Below, piece after piece: positions 55,579-64,000 of a DNA stretch of 64,000 nt; the stretch's first letter is position 1, and every line of letters starts with the position of its first letter. The stretch is from Patescibacteria group bacterium (GTDB lineage: Bacteria; Patescibacteriota; Patescibacteriia; SG8-24). The stretch covers positions 16,962 through 80,961 of the forward strand of contig JBAYFM010000003.1 in assembly GCA_041667185.1 (NCBI GenBank). Reading direction: 5' to 3'. Made by a program: the position numbers and the translations under genes. The notes under the pieces were generated by a model. It worked only from the letters and a program-made list of their open reading frames with translations, did not search any database and was not told the DNA's origin.

Positions 55579-56847
55579 TCATTTCGCGCCGATGACCGTG
55601 CGGCCGCCCATGTACGGGACGAGCGCCGGCGGGATCGCGATGGAGCCGTCCTCCTGCTGGAAGTTCTCCATGATGGCGATGAGCATGCGGCCGATGGCGA
55701 AAGCGGTGCCGTTCAAGGTGTGGGCGAATTGCAGTTCCCCGCTCTTGCGTTTGACGCGGATGTTCAGACGGCGCGCCTGCCAGTCGGTGCAGGTCGAGGT
55801 GGAGTGCGTCTCGCGATAGGTGTTTTGCGACGGGATCCAGGTCTCGATGTCGAACTTGCGCGCGGCCGGGTCGCCGAGGTCGCCCGAGACGATGCCGAGC
55901 ACGCGGTACGGGAGGCCGAGGCCTTTCATCAGGCGCTCCTCGATAGAGAGTAGGAATTCATGTTCGGCGTCGGAGTGCTCCGGCAGCGTGAAGGAGAACA
56001 TCTCGATCTTGTCGAACTGGTGGACGCGCAGGATGCCGCGGACGTCTTTGCCATAAGAGCCGGCCTCGCGGCGGAAGCAGGTCGAGAAAGCGGCGTAGCG
56101 CTTCGGGAGTTCGGTCTCCATGAAGATCTCGTCGGCATGCATCGGACCGATGACATGTTCCGAGGTGCCGATGAGGAAGAGGTCGTCTTTTTCCAGATGG
56201 TAGATCTCGTCGCGGCCGCGTTCGAGGTAGCCCATGGCGCCGAGCGATTTTTCGTTGATCATGACCGGGGTCACGAGCGGGACGAATTTTTCGGCGAGCA
56301 GGATGTTCCAGGCGTACTGGATGAGCGCGAACTCGAGCAGCACCGCCTCGTTCTTCAGGAAACCGAAGCGGGCGGCGGCGACCTTGGCGGCGCGTTCGGT
56401 GTCGATGAGGTCGAGTTCCTCGCCGAGCGTCATGTAGTCGCGCGGCTTGAAACCGAAGCTGGTGGTCTGGCCGACGGTGCGGATGCTGTAGTTCTCGGAA
56501 TCGTCCTTGGCAATGACGACGTCCGGCCGCGGCAGATTCGGGATGAGGCGGAGCAGTTTGTCGAGTTCGGCGGCCGCGGTCTCGAGCCGGGCTTCGATCT
56601 CCTTGAATTGGTCCTTGAGTTTCTTGAGTCCGACGGCTTTGGCTTTCTTGACCTCGACATCCTTTTCTTTGGCCAGCGCCTCGGATTCGCGGTTCTGCTG
56701 GGCCTTGATCGTCTCGGATTCGCCGATGAGCGTTCGGCGTTCGGCGTCCAATTTAAGGATGGCGTCCACGTCAACGTCGATATTCTTAGCCTTGGCGCCA
56801 GTCCTCACGGCTTCCGGATTTTCGCGAATGAATTTGATGTCGAGCAT
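55579..56847 (-). CDS. serS: Serine--tRNA ligase
   Basis: MLDIKFIRENPE... N-terminal coiled coil, class II motifs. Confidence 0.9.
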   Translation of the reverse strand: MLDIKFIRENPEAVRTGAKAKNIDVDVDAILKLDAERRTLIGESETIKAQQNRESEALAKEKDVEVKKAKAVGLKKLKDQFKEIEARLETAAAELDKLLRLIPNLPRPDVVIAKDDSENYSIRTVGQTTSFGFKPRDYMTLGEELDLIDTERAAKVAAARFGFLKNEAVLLEFALIQYAWNILLAEKFVPLVTPVMINEKSLGAMGYLERGRDEIYHLEKDDLFLIGTSEHVIGPMHADEIFMETELPKRYAAFSTCFRREAGSYGKDVRGILRVHQFDKIEMFSFTLPEHSDAEHEFLLSIEERLMKGLGLPYRVLGIVSGDLGDPAARKFDIETWIPSQNTYRETHSTSTCTDWQARRLNIRVKRKSGELQFAHTLNGTAFAIGRMLIAIMENFQQEDGSIAIPPALVPYMGGRTVIGAK

Positions 56848-57173
56848 ATGAATCAGTCATGGGACAACCCCCGGCGTTCTTGAGGCCGGAAGGTTTATCC
56901 CCGCGTTTTCAGCGCGGCAGCTAGCCGCCGCATTTTCTGCGGAGTGGGATAAAAAAATAAGGCAGTGATCAGCCTTAATATGATGCCACTTTTAAGCCCG
57001 AGCCGCAAGAATGAGGTGTGCTTAAGTCTCTCTCTGCAGCCTACTAACTCGGCGGGATTGCTTCGGCGCTGCACGCCTCGCAATGACGGCGGGGCTAGGT
57101 ACGCGCTTTCCCCTTTCATCCAATGGACTGCGAGGGACGGGTTGCGGTGATGACATGAATAGTTTCATGTATC
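56848..57173 (-). promoter_or_regulatory. Unusually long (~325 nt) structured 5' leader of serS; candidate cis-regulatory RNA (T-box not confirmed)
   Basis: No credible ORF. Multiple GC-rich hairpins. AGAGAGAGA run. Lies between the lysS terminator and the serS start. Confidence 0.3.
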
Positions 57174-57197
57174 AAAAGAGGAGCCTTGTGGCTCCTC
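57174..57197 (-). terminator. Rho-independent terminator for lysS
   Basis: GAGGAGCC-ttgt-GGCTCCTC preceded on plus strand by AAAA (minus strand: hairpin followed by TTTTGAT). Confidence 0.6.
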
Positions 57198-57239
57198 TCA
57201 TTGGTATTTCTGGATTCCCGCCTGCGCGGGAATGACATT

Positions 57240-58721
57240 CTAGTCTTTTTCCTCCGGCCGTAGCGTCGGGAACAGGATGACTTCTTTGAGGTTGTGCGAG
57301 CCGGCGAGCAGCGCGGCCAGGCGGTCGATGCCCATGCCGAAGCCCGCGGTGGGCGGCATGCCGACCTCCAGGGCCTCGATGTAATCTTCATCCAGCCGCT
57401 GCGCCTCGGCGTCTCCGGCCTCGCGGGCCTTTTCTTGCTCCATGAAGCGCGCCCGCTGGTCGATCGGATCGTTCAACTCGGAGAAAGCGTTGCAGAGCTC
57501 AGTCCCCTGTCCGAGGACGAGCTGGAAGCGTTCGACGTAGCGGCCATCCGACGGCATCTTTTTCGCGAGCGGCGAGAGTTCGAGCGGGTGGTTGGTGATG
57601 AAGGTCGGGTTGACGATCTTCGGGCGGACGAATTTCTTGTAAAGGTTATCCATGAGCTTGCCGCGGCCGTCGGAATCCTCGACTTTGACGCCGCACTGGG
57701 CGGCGACGTCCGCAAGCGAATGGCGATCGGGATATTTTTCCAGATCCGGTCCGCCGAACTTGATGAGCGCGTCGCGGAACGTGAGGCGTGGATACGGCGG
57801 CGTGAAATCAATGACCTGCCCGTCATGCTCGACCTGTAGCTTGCCGCAGGCTCGGTCGACGATCTGTGGCAGCAGCCGCTCCGTGAGCTTCATCAGGTCG
57901 TTGTAGTCGGCGTAGGCCTGGTAGAATTCGATCTGGGTGAATTCGGGATTGTGCAGGTGGTCGATGCCTTCGTTGCGGAAGCAGCGGGCGATCTCGAAGA
58001 CGCGCTCGTAGCCGCCGACGATCAGGCGCTTGAGATAGAGTTCCGGCGCGATGCGGAGGTATAGGTCCGTATCTAGGGCGTTGTGATGCGTGATGAACGG
58101 TTCCGCCGTGGCGCCGCCGGCCAAAGGCTGCAGGATCGGCGTCTCCACTTCCATGAAGCCTTCCCGCGTGAAGAATTCGCGGATAGTGCTCACGATGGCG
58201 CTGCGTTTCACGAAAATGGCGCGGACCTCGGGATTGGCGACGAGGTCGAGATAGCGCTTGCGGTAGCGGATCTCGGTGTCCGAGAGACCATGCCACTTGT
58301 CCGGCAGCGGGCGCAGGGCCTTGGCGAGGATCGTGAGGGCCGTCGCTTCGACGGAGCGCTCCCCTCTTTTGGTCAGGAAGGCTTTGCCCTCGACGCCGAT
58401 GAAATCGCCGTGGTCGACGTTGGCCTGGAAAAAATCAAAGACCGACGCGCCTAAAAGGTCGCGCTTCAGGTGCAGCTGGATCTTGCCGGTACCGTCCTCA
58501 AGGTCGGCGAAACAGGCGCCGCCATGGCCGCGGACCGCGCGAAGGCGTCCCACGACCGCAATCGGCGTGCCGGCGGAAGCGAGCGCTTCAAAATCGGACA
58601 GGACCTGGGCGATGGCGTGCGAACGTTTCGAGATCGCCGGATACGGGTCCACGCCCGCAGCGATCATGTTGCGCATCTTTTCGAGCCGGACGGCTGATTC
58701 CTCGAGAGGATTTTGATCCAT
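57240..58721 (-). CDS. lysS: Lysine--tRNA ligase (class II)
   Basis: OB-fold N-domain, class II catalytic motifs (...[15 protein letters not shown]...). Confidence 0.9.
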   Translation of the reverse strand: MDQNPLEESAVRLEKMRNMIAAGVDPYPAISKRSHAIAQVLSDFEALASAGTPIAVVGRLRAVRGHGGACFADLEDGTGKIQLHLKRDLLGASVFDFFQANVDHGDFIGVEGKAFLTKRGERSVEATALTILAKALRPLPDKWHGLSDTEIRYRKRYLDLVANPEVRAIFVKRSAIVSTIREFFTREGFMEVETPILQPLAGGATAEPFITHHNALDTDLYLRIAPELYLKRLIVGGYERVFEIARCFRNEGIDHLHNPEFTQIEFYQAYADYNDLMKLTERLLPQIVDRACGKLQVEHDGQVIDFTPPYPRLTFRDALIKFGGPDLEKYPDRHSLADVAAQCGVKVEDSDGRGKLMDNLYKKFVRPKIVNPTFITNHPLELSPLAKKMPSDGRYVERFQLVLGQGTELCNAFSELNDPIDQRARFMEQEKAREAGDAEAQRLDEDYIEALEVGMPPTAGFGMGIDRLAALLAGSHNLKEVILFPTLRPEEKD

Positions 58722-58741
58722 AAAAGTCAGCGGCTGGGTTC

Positions 58742-59200
58742 CTAGCCGATGGAAATGATGCGATATCTGACCGGTCCGGATGGCGCCGCCACTTCGACCT
58801 CGTCGCCGGCGCGTTTGCCGATGAGCGCCTTGCCGATCGGCGATTCATTGGAGATGAGACCTTGGAGCGGCGAAGCTTCGGTCGAGCCGACGATGGTGAG
58901 ATCCTTCTCTTTGCCATTCACGTTCACTTTGACCCGGGCGCCAATGCTCACGACATCTTTTTTGGTCACTTCAATGATCTCGGCGCGCATGATCTGATCC
59001 GCAAGGTCGATGATATGGCCCTCGGTGAAACTGTATTCTTCCTTGGCCTCCGTGTAATCAGCATTCTCGCTGAGGTCGCCAAGCTCCTTGGCTTTCTCGA
59101 TGCGAGCCGCGATCTCCTGCCGTTTCTCGGTCTTGAGAAAGTGCAGTTCCAGTTTCATCGCTTCCAGTTTTGCCTTCGACACGTACAATGGTCCGTTCAT
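58742..59200 (-). CDS. greA: Transcription elongation factor GreA
   Basis: Start at [19 protein letters not shown]... (59200). Acidic finger region [15 protein letters not shown]-terminal FKBP-like domain. Confidence 0.85.
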   Translation of the reverse strand: MNGPLYVSKAKLEAMKLELHFLKTEKRQEIAARIEKAKELGDLSENADYTEAKEEYSFTEGHIIDLADQIMRAEIIEVTKKDVVSIGARVKVNVNGKEKDLTIVGSTEASPLQGLISNESPIGKALIGKRAGDEVEVAAPSGPVRYRIISIG

Positions 59201-59424
59201 AGTTCGAGACGCGGTTCGGCCGTTCATCGCGGCGCCGGGTGATTCAATAATAGCGGTCAATTGACCGGCGAGTCAAAGTTTTTCAAGCTCGTCTTGGCAT
59301 AAAGTCCAGAGTAACGGCGCGGGTGGGAGGTGTCAAGACGTGGGAAGTGCAGGAGTCAGGGAGAGACGGAGTCAGGGAGAATTAACCTTGATTGACTCCG
59401 CATCTTCGTTACTCCATGACTGCG

Positions 59425-61398
59425 TCACTTCCTGCTGAAATACCACTCGTAAAAGCGCCGGGCCACGGCCGCGCCTATTTGCGAACCTTCGCCGCCCTCT
59501 TCGACGATCACGGTCACGACGATCTCCGGATTTTCGTAAGGCGCGAAGGACGTGAACCAGGCGTGGGTATTCTTGGTCTGGCTCCATTGGGCCGTGCCAG
59601 TCTTGGCCGCGACGGCCACAGGCAGCGCGGCGAGCGAGCGGGCGGATCCGGTCGTGACCGCTTGCCGGAGGCCGCGGCGGACGATGTTGATCGTCTGGGG
59701 GCTGACCACTTGGGCGTTGAGCAGTTTAGGTTCGACGACCTGGCGCGTGCCGTCGCTCGAGGTCACGGCGTTCACGAGGCGCGGCTGGAAAAGCTTGCCG
59801 CCGTTCGCAAAGACCGAAGTCATGGCGGTGATCTGCAGCGGCGTCACGAGGATGTCGCCCTGGCCGATGGCGAGATGATAGGTATCGCCGATGTACCACT
59901 GTTCGCCCTTGACCGTCTCTTTCCATTCCTTGGTCGGCAGGAAGCCGTCGCCTTCGCCGGCGAGGTCGAGTCCCAGCCGGTCGCCGAGGCCGAAACGCCG
60001 GGCGTAAGCGTTGATGCGATTGACGCCGAGGCCTTCGATTCGGTCGTAGCCGCCGCCGATGGCATAGAAGAAAGTGTTGACCGATTCGGCGAGCGCCTTG
60101 GCGACGTTGGTCGGTCCGTGGCCGCCGGCTTTCCAGTCCGGAAAATACCATTTGTCGATGCGGATGCCGCCGGTCGACAGCACGGTCGTGTTGGCGGTGA
60201 TGAGTTTCTCTTCGAGAGCGGCCGCGGCGATGACCAGTTTGAAGACCGAACCTGACGGCAGGGACGCGGCGATGGCACGGCTGAACATCGGATTGTCGGT
60301 GTCGCCGGCCAGAGCGCGGTAGTCTTCGGTCGAGATGCCGCTCGCAAACTTGTTGTTGTCGAAAGCCGGGAGGCTGACGAGCGCCAGGAGTTCGCCGGTG
60401 CGCGGATCGAGCGCGATCAGGCTGCCGCGGGTCTTGTGCCAGGCTTTCATCTCGGAGACGAGGATGTTCTCGGCTTCCCGCTGAACCTCGAGATCGAGCG
60501 AGAGCACCAGATTGCTGCCCGGAGCGCCGGCGTCTTCCGCGACCACTTCGCGCGAGCGGCGCAGAGCATCCACCTCGATCGTCCGTCGGGACGGCTGACC
60601 GCTCATGACCGCGTCATAGGATCTCTCTAGGCCGCTTTTGCCCACCAGATCAGGAGTGAAAGCGCCGGTCTGGGAGCTTAATTCGGCAGTCGTCGGCCGC
60701 CCCTGATAGCCGAGAACGTGCGCCAGTGATGAAGCGCCGGTCGCCGCCAGGTAATCGCGCCGCGTGCCAATCTTGAGCTGCAGGGCGGGTTGAGAGCCGG
60801 CCTCGATCTCGATCTTAACCGCTTGTTCGTGCGTTAGATGCTCGGCGATCACGACTTGGCCCAGCGACGAAGCGCCGCGTTCGGCGAGCCGTTCCTCGAT
60901 TTCGACCGGGCCGATCCCCAGGATTTCCGCCAGTTGAAGGACCAGGTCGCGCCTGGCTTCCTGGTCGGCCGGCAGGTCGGCCGGAGTGATGGTCACGGAC
61001 AGATCCGGAACGTTCTTGACGAGCGGCGAGCCGTTGCGGTCGTAGATGATCCCCCGCTCCGCCGCCGACCATTCGGTGCGGATGCGGTTGCCTTCGGCGC
61101 GTTCGCGGTACTTCGCGCCGCTGGCGAGTTGGAGCTGCGCCGACCGGAGCACGATAGCCGCGAGGCTGGCGAGCAGGATCATAAAGATCAGCAGGATCTT
61201 TCGTGGCGGCACGGTAAGCCCTAGATAATTGCCGGTTATGGCGAGCTCGTCGCTGGAGCCGGCGCTGACGTCGGTCGGCATATCATCAATTGCGGTCTTG
61301 CTGCCGGCTCCGGTCAAATTCAAGGACGCTCCGGTCTCGTAGTCCGGGAACGGATTGTTGATCTGCGGCTGTGGCATGTTGGATCCGAAGAAGTTCAT
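59425..61398 (-). CDS. mrdA: Penicillin-binding protein 2 (peptidoglycan D,D-transpeptidase MrdA)
   Basis: N-terminal TM. SxxK (SVFKLV), SxN, KTGT motifs. Position in the mreBCD cluster. Confidence 0.85.
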   Translation of the reverse strand: MNFFGSNMPQPQINNPFPDYETGASLNLTGAGSKTAIDDMPTDVSAGSSDELAITGNYLGLTVPPRKILLIFMILLASLAAIVLRSAQLQLASGAKYRERAEGNRIRTEWSAAERGIIYDRNGSPLVKNVPDLSVTITPADLPADQEARRDLVLQLAEILGIGPVEIEERLAERGASSLGQVVIAEHLTHEQAVKIEIEAGSQPALQLKIGTRRDYLAATGASSLAHVLGYQGRPTTAELSSQTGAFTPDLVGKSGLERSYDAVMSGQPSRRTIEVDALRRSREVVAEDAGAPGSNLVLSLDLEVQREAENILVSEMKAWHKTRGSLIALDPRTGELLALVSLPAFDNNKFASGISTEDYRALAGDTDNPMFSRAIAASLPSGSVFKLVIAAAALEEKLITANTTVLSTGGIRIDKWYFPDWKAGGHGPTNVAKALAESVNTFFYAIGGGYDRIEGLGVNRINAYARRFGLGDRLGLDLAGEGDGFLPTKEWKETVKGEQWYIGDTYHLAIGQGDILVTPLQITAMTSVFANGGKLFQPRLVNAVTSSDGTRQVVEPKLLNAQVVSPQTINIVRRGLRQAVTTGSARSLAALPVAVAAKTGTAQWSQTKNTHAWFTSFAPYENPEIVVTVIVEEGGEGSQIGAAVARRFYEWYFSRK

Positions 61399-61964
61399 GT
61401 TGCGCGGCGGAAACGGTTGAGGAAAAAACGGCCGGTCCTTCTGGCTAGGAACATCAGGACGAGCGCGGCGGCGAGCTGGACGGCGAGATCGGCCGCGAAC
61501 CAGCCAAGCCAGTCCGTCCAGGCCTGGTCGGCTAACCTTAGGATGCCGGGCCAGCCCGCGGCGAGGCCGATCAGTGTGAAGATCAGGCGGCTCGCGAGAT
61601 AGGTCAGAGCGTTCAGCGCGGCGAACGACAGGTAGGACAGGTTCGTGAAGATCAGGTTGAAAGCCAGGATCGTGGCGAGGATCGCGGTTGTCCGCGCGAA
61701 AATTTCAGCTCCCGGCGGAGCGGCGAGCAGGATGTCCAGGATGAAGCCGGAGATTACGGCGACGGCCAGAGCCTGGCGATTTCGAAAATTCGCGACCAAC
61801 CCGACCGCGAGGATTAGTGTCGGGTCGGCGGTCGACCAGGGCGGCGGCAAGAACGCACTCCCGGTGGTTTGTGCCAGGGTGAGGATCGGCACGCCGATGA
61901 TCAGCAGATACCAGGCAGACATAGCGCGGGCGTCACTCGGCCGCGTCCAGCTCGACCTGGACAA
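61395..61964 (-). CDS. mreD: Rod shape-determining protein MreD
   Basis: Small polytopic membrane protein directly after mreC. ATGA overlap with mrdA. Confidence 0.65.
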   Translation of the reverse strand: MSRSSWTRPSDARAMSAWYLLIIGVPILTLAQTTGSAFLPPPWSTADPTLILAVGLVANFRNRQALAVAVISGFILDILLAAPPGAEIFARTTAILATILAFNLIFTNLSYLSFAALNALTYLASRLIFTLIGLAAGWPGILRLADQAWTDWLGWFAADLAVQLAAALVLMFLARRTGRFFLNRFRRAT

Positions 61965-62760
61965 TGAGCGGATGCAGAGCAGCGCGGACCGGCGCGATCT
62001 CGGCGGACTGGAACGGATCTTGGGCGTTGCGGCTCACGCGTTCGACGGTGCCGACCAGCAGGCCGCGGCGGATGCCGGACTCGAGGCCCGAGGTCACGAT
62101 TGTGTCGCCCGGCAGGACCTTTTCGGTGTCCGGGATCAGATTGATAGCGAGTCCGAGTCCGCGGTCGCCTTCGAGGACGCCGAGAGTGTTCGCGGTATTC
62201 TGGATCGCGACGGCGACCCGGCTCTGGCTCGCGGTGAGCGGCAGGACGAGCGCGGTGGCGCGGCGGACGGCGGCGATCTTGCCGACGAGGATCCCGTCAT
62301 GCGTCACGACCGCCTGGCCGTTTCTGAGGTCGTGATCCGAGCCGCGATCGATGACCAGGTAGCGGGTGAAGCCGTCGTCATGTTCATAGATGACCCGGGC
62401 AGCGAGCAGTTCGGCGGCGGCGCCATCGCGGTAATCCAGGGCCTCGCGCAATTCCCGAGCTTCTTCGGCAGCGGTCCGGAGGCGCGAGAGTTCAAGCTGC
62501 AAGGCCTCGAGTTCTTCCGGCGTCGCGGTCCGGGTCAGCGCGGCATCATCGGCCGACGAACGCAGGGAACCGAGCCAGCCGGTCGAAGCGGAACGCACGG
62601 CGTTGGCCGGGACGGACAAAAGTTTCGAGGTTGTTCCGATAGCGCCGTCAAGCCAGCCCAGGCCGTACAAAGCGAAAAGCAGCGCGCCGGCGGCGAGCAA
62701 CAGCCAGAGCTTGTTCCGGTTGCGGTTGTTGGTGGGCCTTCTCATATTCAAAGCGGACAC
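61933..62760 (-). CDS. mreC: Rod shape-determining protein MreC
   Basis: N-terminal TM, coiled coil, beta-rich C-domain (VVTSGLESGI...). Confidence 0.8.
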   Translation of the reverse strand: MSALNMRRPTNNRNRNKLWLLLAAGALLFALYGLGWLDGAIGTTSKLLSVPANAVRSASTGWLGSLRSSADDAALTRTATPEELEALQLELSRLRTAAEEARELREALDYRDGAAAELLAARVIYEHDDGFTRYLVIDRGSDHDLRNGQAVVTHDGILVGKIAAVRRATALVLPLTASQSRVAVAIQNTANTLGVLEGDRGLGLAINLIPDTEKVLPGDTIVTSGLESGIRRGLLVGTVERVSRNAQDPFQSAEIAPVRAALHPLIVQVELDAAE

Positions 62761-62816
62761 GACGCCGTTCGTGTCCGATCATTCGGCCGTCTTATTCCTG
62801 ATAAATTAGGCAAAAT

Positions 62817-63875
62817 CTAGCGTTTGTTGTTCTCGGCTTCCTGCGAGGATGGTAGCGCGATATCCCGGAGCAGTTCAGGATTGTCGAGCAGGATGCCGGT
62901 GCCGCGCACGACGCAAGTCAGCGGATCGTCGGCGACCCGGACCGGAATCTCGGCGGCCTTGGAGATGACCGAGTCGAGCGCCCGGAGCAGCGCGCCGCCG
63001 CCGGTCATGACGATCCCCCGCTCGTAGATGTCCGCGACCAGTTCCGGCGGCGTGACCTCGAGCGTGGATTTGATGTTCTCGACCATGGTCCGCACCGATT
63101 TGGCGAGCGCTTCGCGGATCTGTTCGTCGGTGACGATGATCTCGCGCGGCAGGCCGGTGATCATGTCGCGGCCGCGCATCTCCATCTGCATGGGCTCGCC
63201 GGTGTCGGCGGCCGAACCGATCTTCATCTTGATGTTCTCCGCCACTTTTTCGCCGAGGAGCAGGTTGAAATTCTCGCGGGCGTACTGGACGATGTTCTTG
63301 TTCAGGACCTCGCCGGCGATCGGCAGGGACTTCCAGGTGACGACGCCGCCGAGCGAGATCACGGCGATCTCGGTGGTGCCGCCGCCGATGTCGATGACCA
63401 TATTGCCGACCGGTTCCGTGATCGGGAGACGTGCTCCGATGGCGGCGGCCATGGGTTCCTCGACGAGAAAGACCTCGCGGGCGCCGGCGTTGAGCGCCGC
63501 GTCCTCGACGGCTTTGCGTTCGACTTCGGTGAGATCGAGCGGCACGCCAATGATGATGCGCGGCCGCGGCGCGAATAGGAAGGAATTCGAGTTGATCTTC
63601 TCGATGAAGTAACGCAGCATTTTTTCCGTGACCTCGAAGTCGGAGATGATGCCAGCGACGAGCGGTTTCACGGTCGCGATATGCGCTGGCGTCTTACCGA
63701 TCATGTCCTTGGCGGCGTTGCCGACCGCGAGGATCTGTCCGGTCCGGGTGTTCACGGCGACGACCGACGGTTCATTGGCAACGATGCCCTTGTCCTTGCA
63801 ATAGACGAGAGTGTTGGCGGTTCCGAGGTCGATGCCCAGGTCAGTCGAGAATTTTCCGAAAAAACTGTTGAACAT
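62817..63875 (-). CDS. mreB: Rod shape-determining protein MreB
   Basis: DLGIDLGTANTLVY... actin-fold motifs. Confidence 0.95.
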   Translation of the reverse strand: MFNSFFGKFSTDLGIDLGTANTLVYCKDKGIVANEPSVVAVNTRTGQILAVGNAAKDMIGKTPAHIATVKPLVAGIISDFEVTEKMLRYFIEKINSNSFLFAPRPRIIIGVPLDLTEVERKAVEDAALNAGAREVFLVEEPMAAAIGARLPITEPVGNMVIDIGGGTTEIAVISLGGVVTWKSLPIAGEVLNKNIVQYARENFNLLLGEKVAENIKMKIGSAADTGEPMQMEMRGRDMITGLPREIIVTDEQIREALAKSVRTMVENIKSTLEVTPPELVADIYERGIVMTGGGALLRALDSVISKAAEIPVRVADDPLTCVVRGTGILLDNPELLRDIALPSSQEAENNKR

Positions 63876-64000
63876 TTTGCGTGTTCATTAGGCTTGAAGC
63901 CATTTTCGATCCGCAGGCAGTATAGCCGCCCGGACGCAATGGCGCAAGACCGGCTTCAGGCCTGAGCTTGCCCTAAAACGACGCGATGATCAGCGGCGGA

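Noticed and set aside
56848-57240. Searched this ~390-nt gap for tRNA/tmRNA/SRP/RNase P RNA
   Set aside because: No T-arm (GTTCRANYC) or acceptor/CCA context, no tmRNA tag frame, no RNase P P4 motif. The GGCCGGAAGG segment only loosely resembles SRP domain IV. Left as an unclassified leader.
1-64000. CRISPR arrays, integrases, transposases, rRNA and tRNA genes
   Set aside because: No regularly spaced repeat arrays, no recognisable recombinase/transposase motifs, and no tRNA-like T-loop/anticodon architecture were found in intergenic regions by eye. Absence is not proven without tRNAscan/Infernal.

Overview
This 64-kb window is a high-GC (about 60-65%) bacterial chromosomal segment dominated by housekeeping genes. 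The gene content resembles a small-genome Patescibacteria/CPR-like organism: a truncated AlaRS without the C-Ala domain, an RpoA without the alpha-CTD, and Lys/Ala-rich extensions on ribosomal proteins.

Core genes recognised:
- Protein export and translation: secA 3' end, secD (with inserted parvulin-like PPIase domains), secF, mnmA, and a short alaS.
- A ribosomal/alpha operon: infA-rpmJ-rpsM-rpsK-rpsD-rpoA-rplQ-rplM-rpsI.
- Stress and quality control: lexA with its own promoter and a GTTC-N7-GTTC box, clpB preceded by a perfect CIRCE element, fmt, def, ftsH.
- tRNA synthetases: gltX, serS, lysS.
- A cell-wall and division block: ftsQ-ddl-alr, greA, mrdA-mreD-mreC-mreB.

Accessory content:
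- A tightly coupled five-gene operon (8.6-15.2 kb): membrane-anchored protein, VirD4/TraG-like P-loop ATPase with a roughly 380-aa Pro/Ala-rich tail, membrane-anchored trypsin-like protease, alpha/beta hydrolase, C45/Ntn hydrolase. This is the best candidate for an undescribed system.
- A Cys-rich gene interrupted by an in-frame TAG.
- A deoxynucleoside-kinase-like P-loop protein next to a HAD phosphatase.
- A secreted LRR lipoprotein, metzincin and beta-rich protein cluster.
- A polysaccharide locus (flippase, GT4, two GT2, O-antigen-ligase-like) plus a separate tagA-like GT26.
- A lower-GC islet carrying a lytic transglycosylase and small membrane proteins.

No rRNA, tRNA or CRISPR array was recognised by eye. 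Many of the supplied ORFs are antisense or high-GC frame artefacts and were not called.
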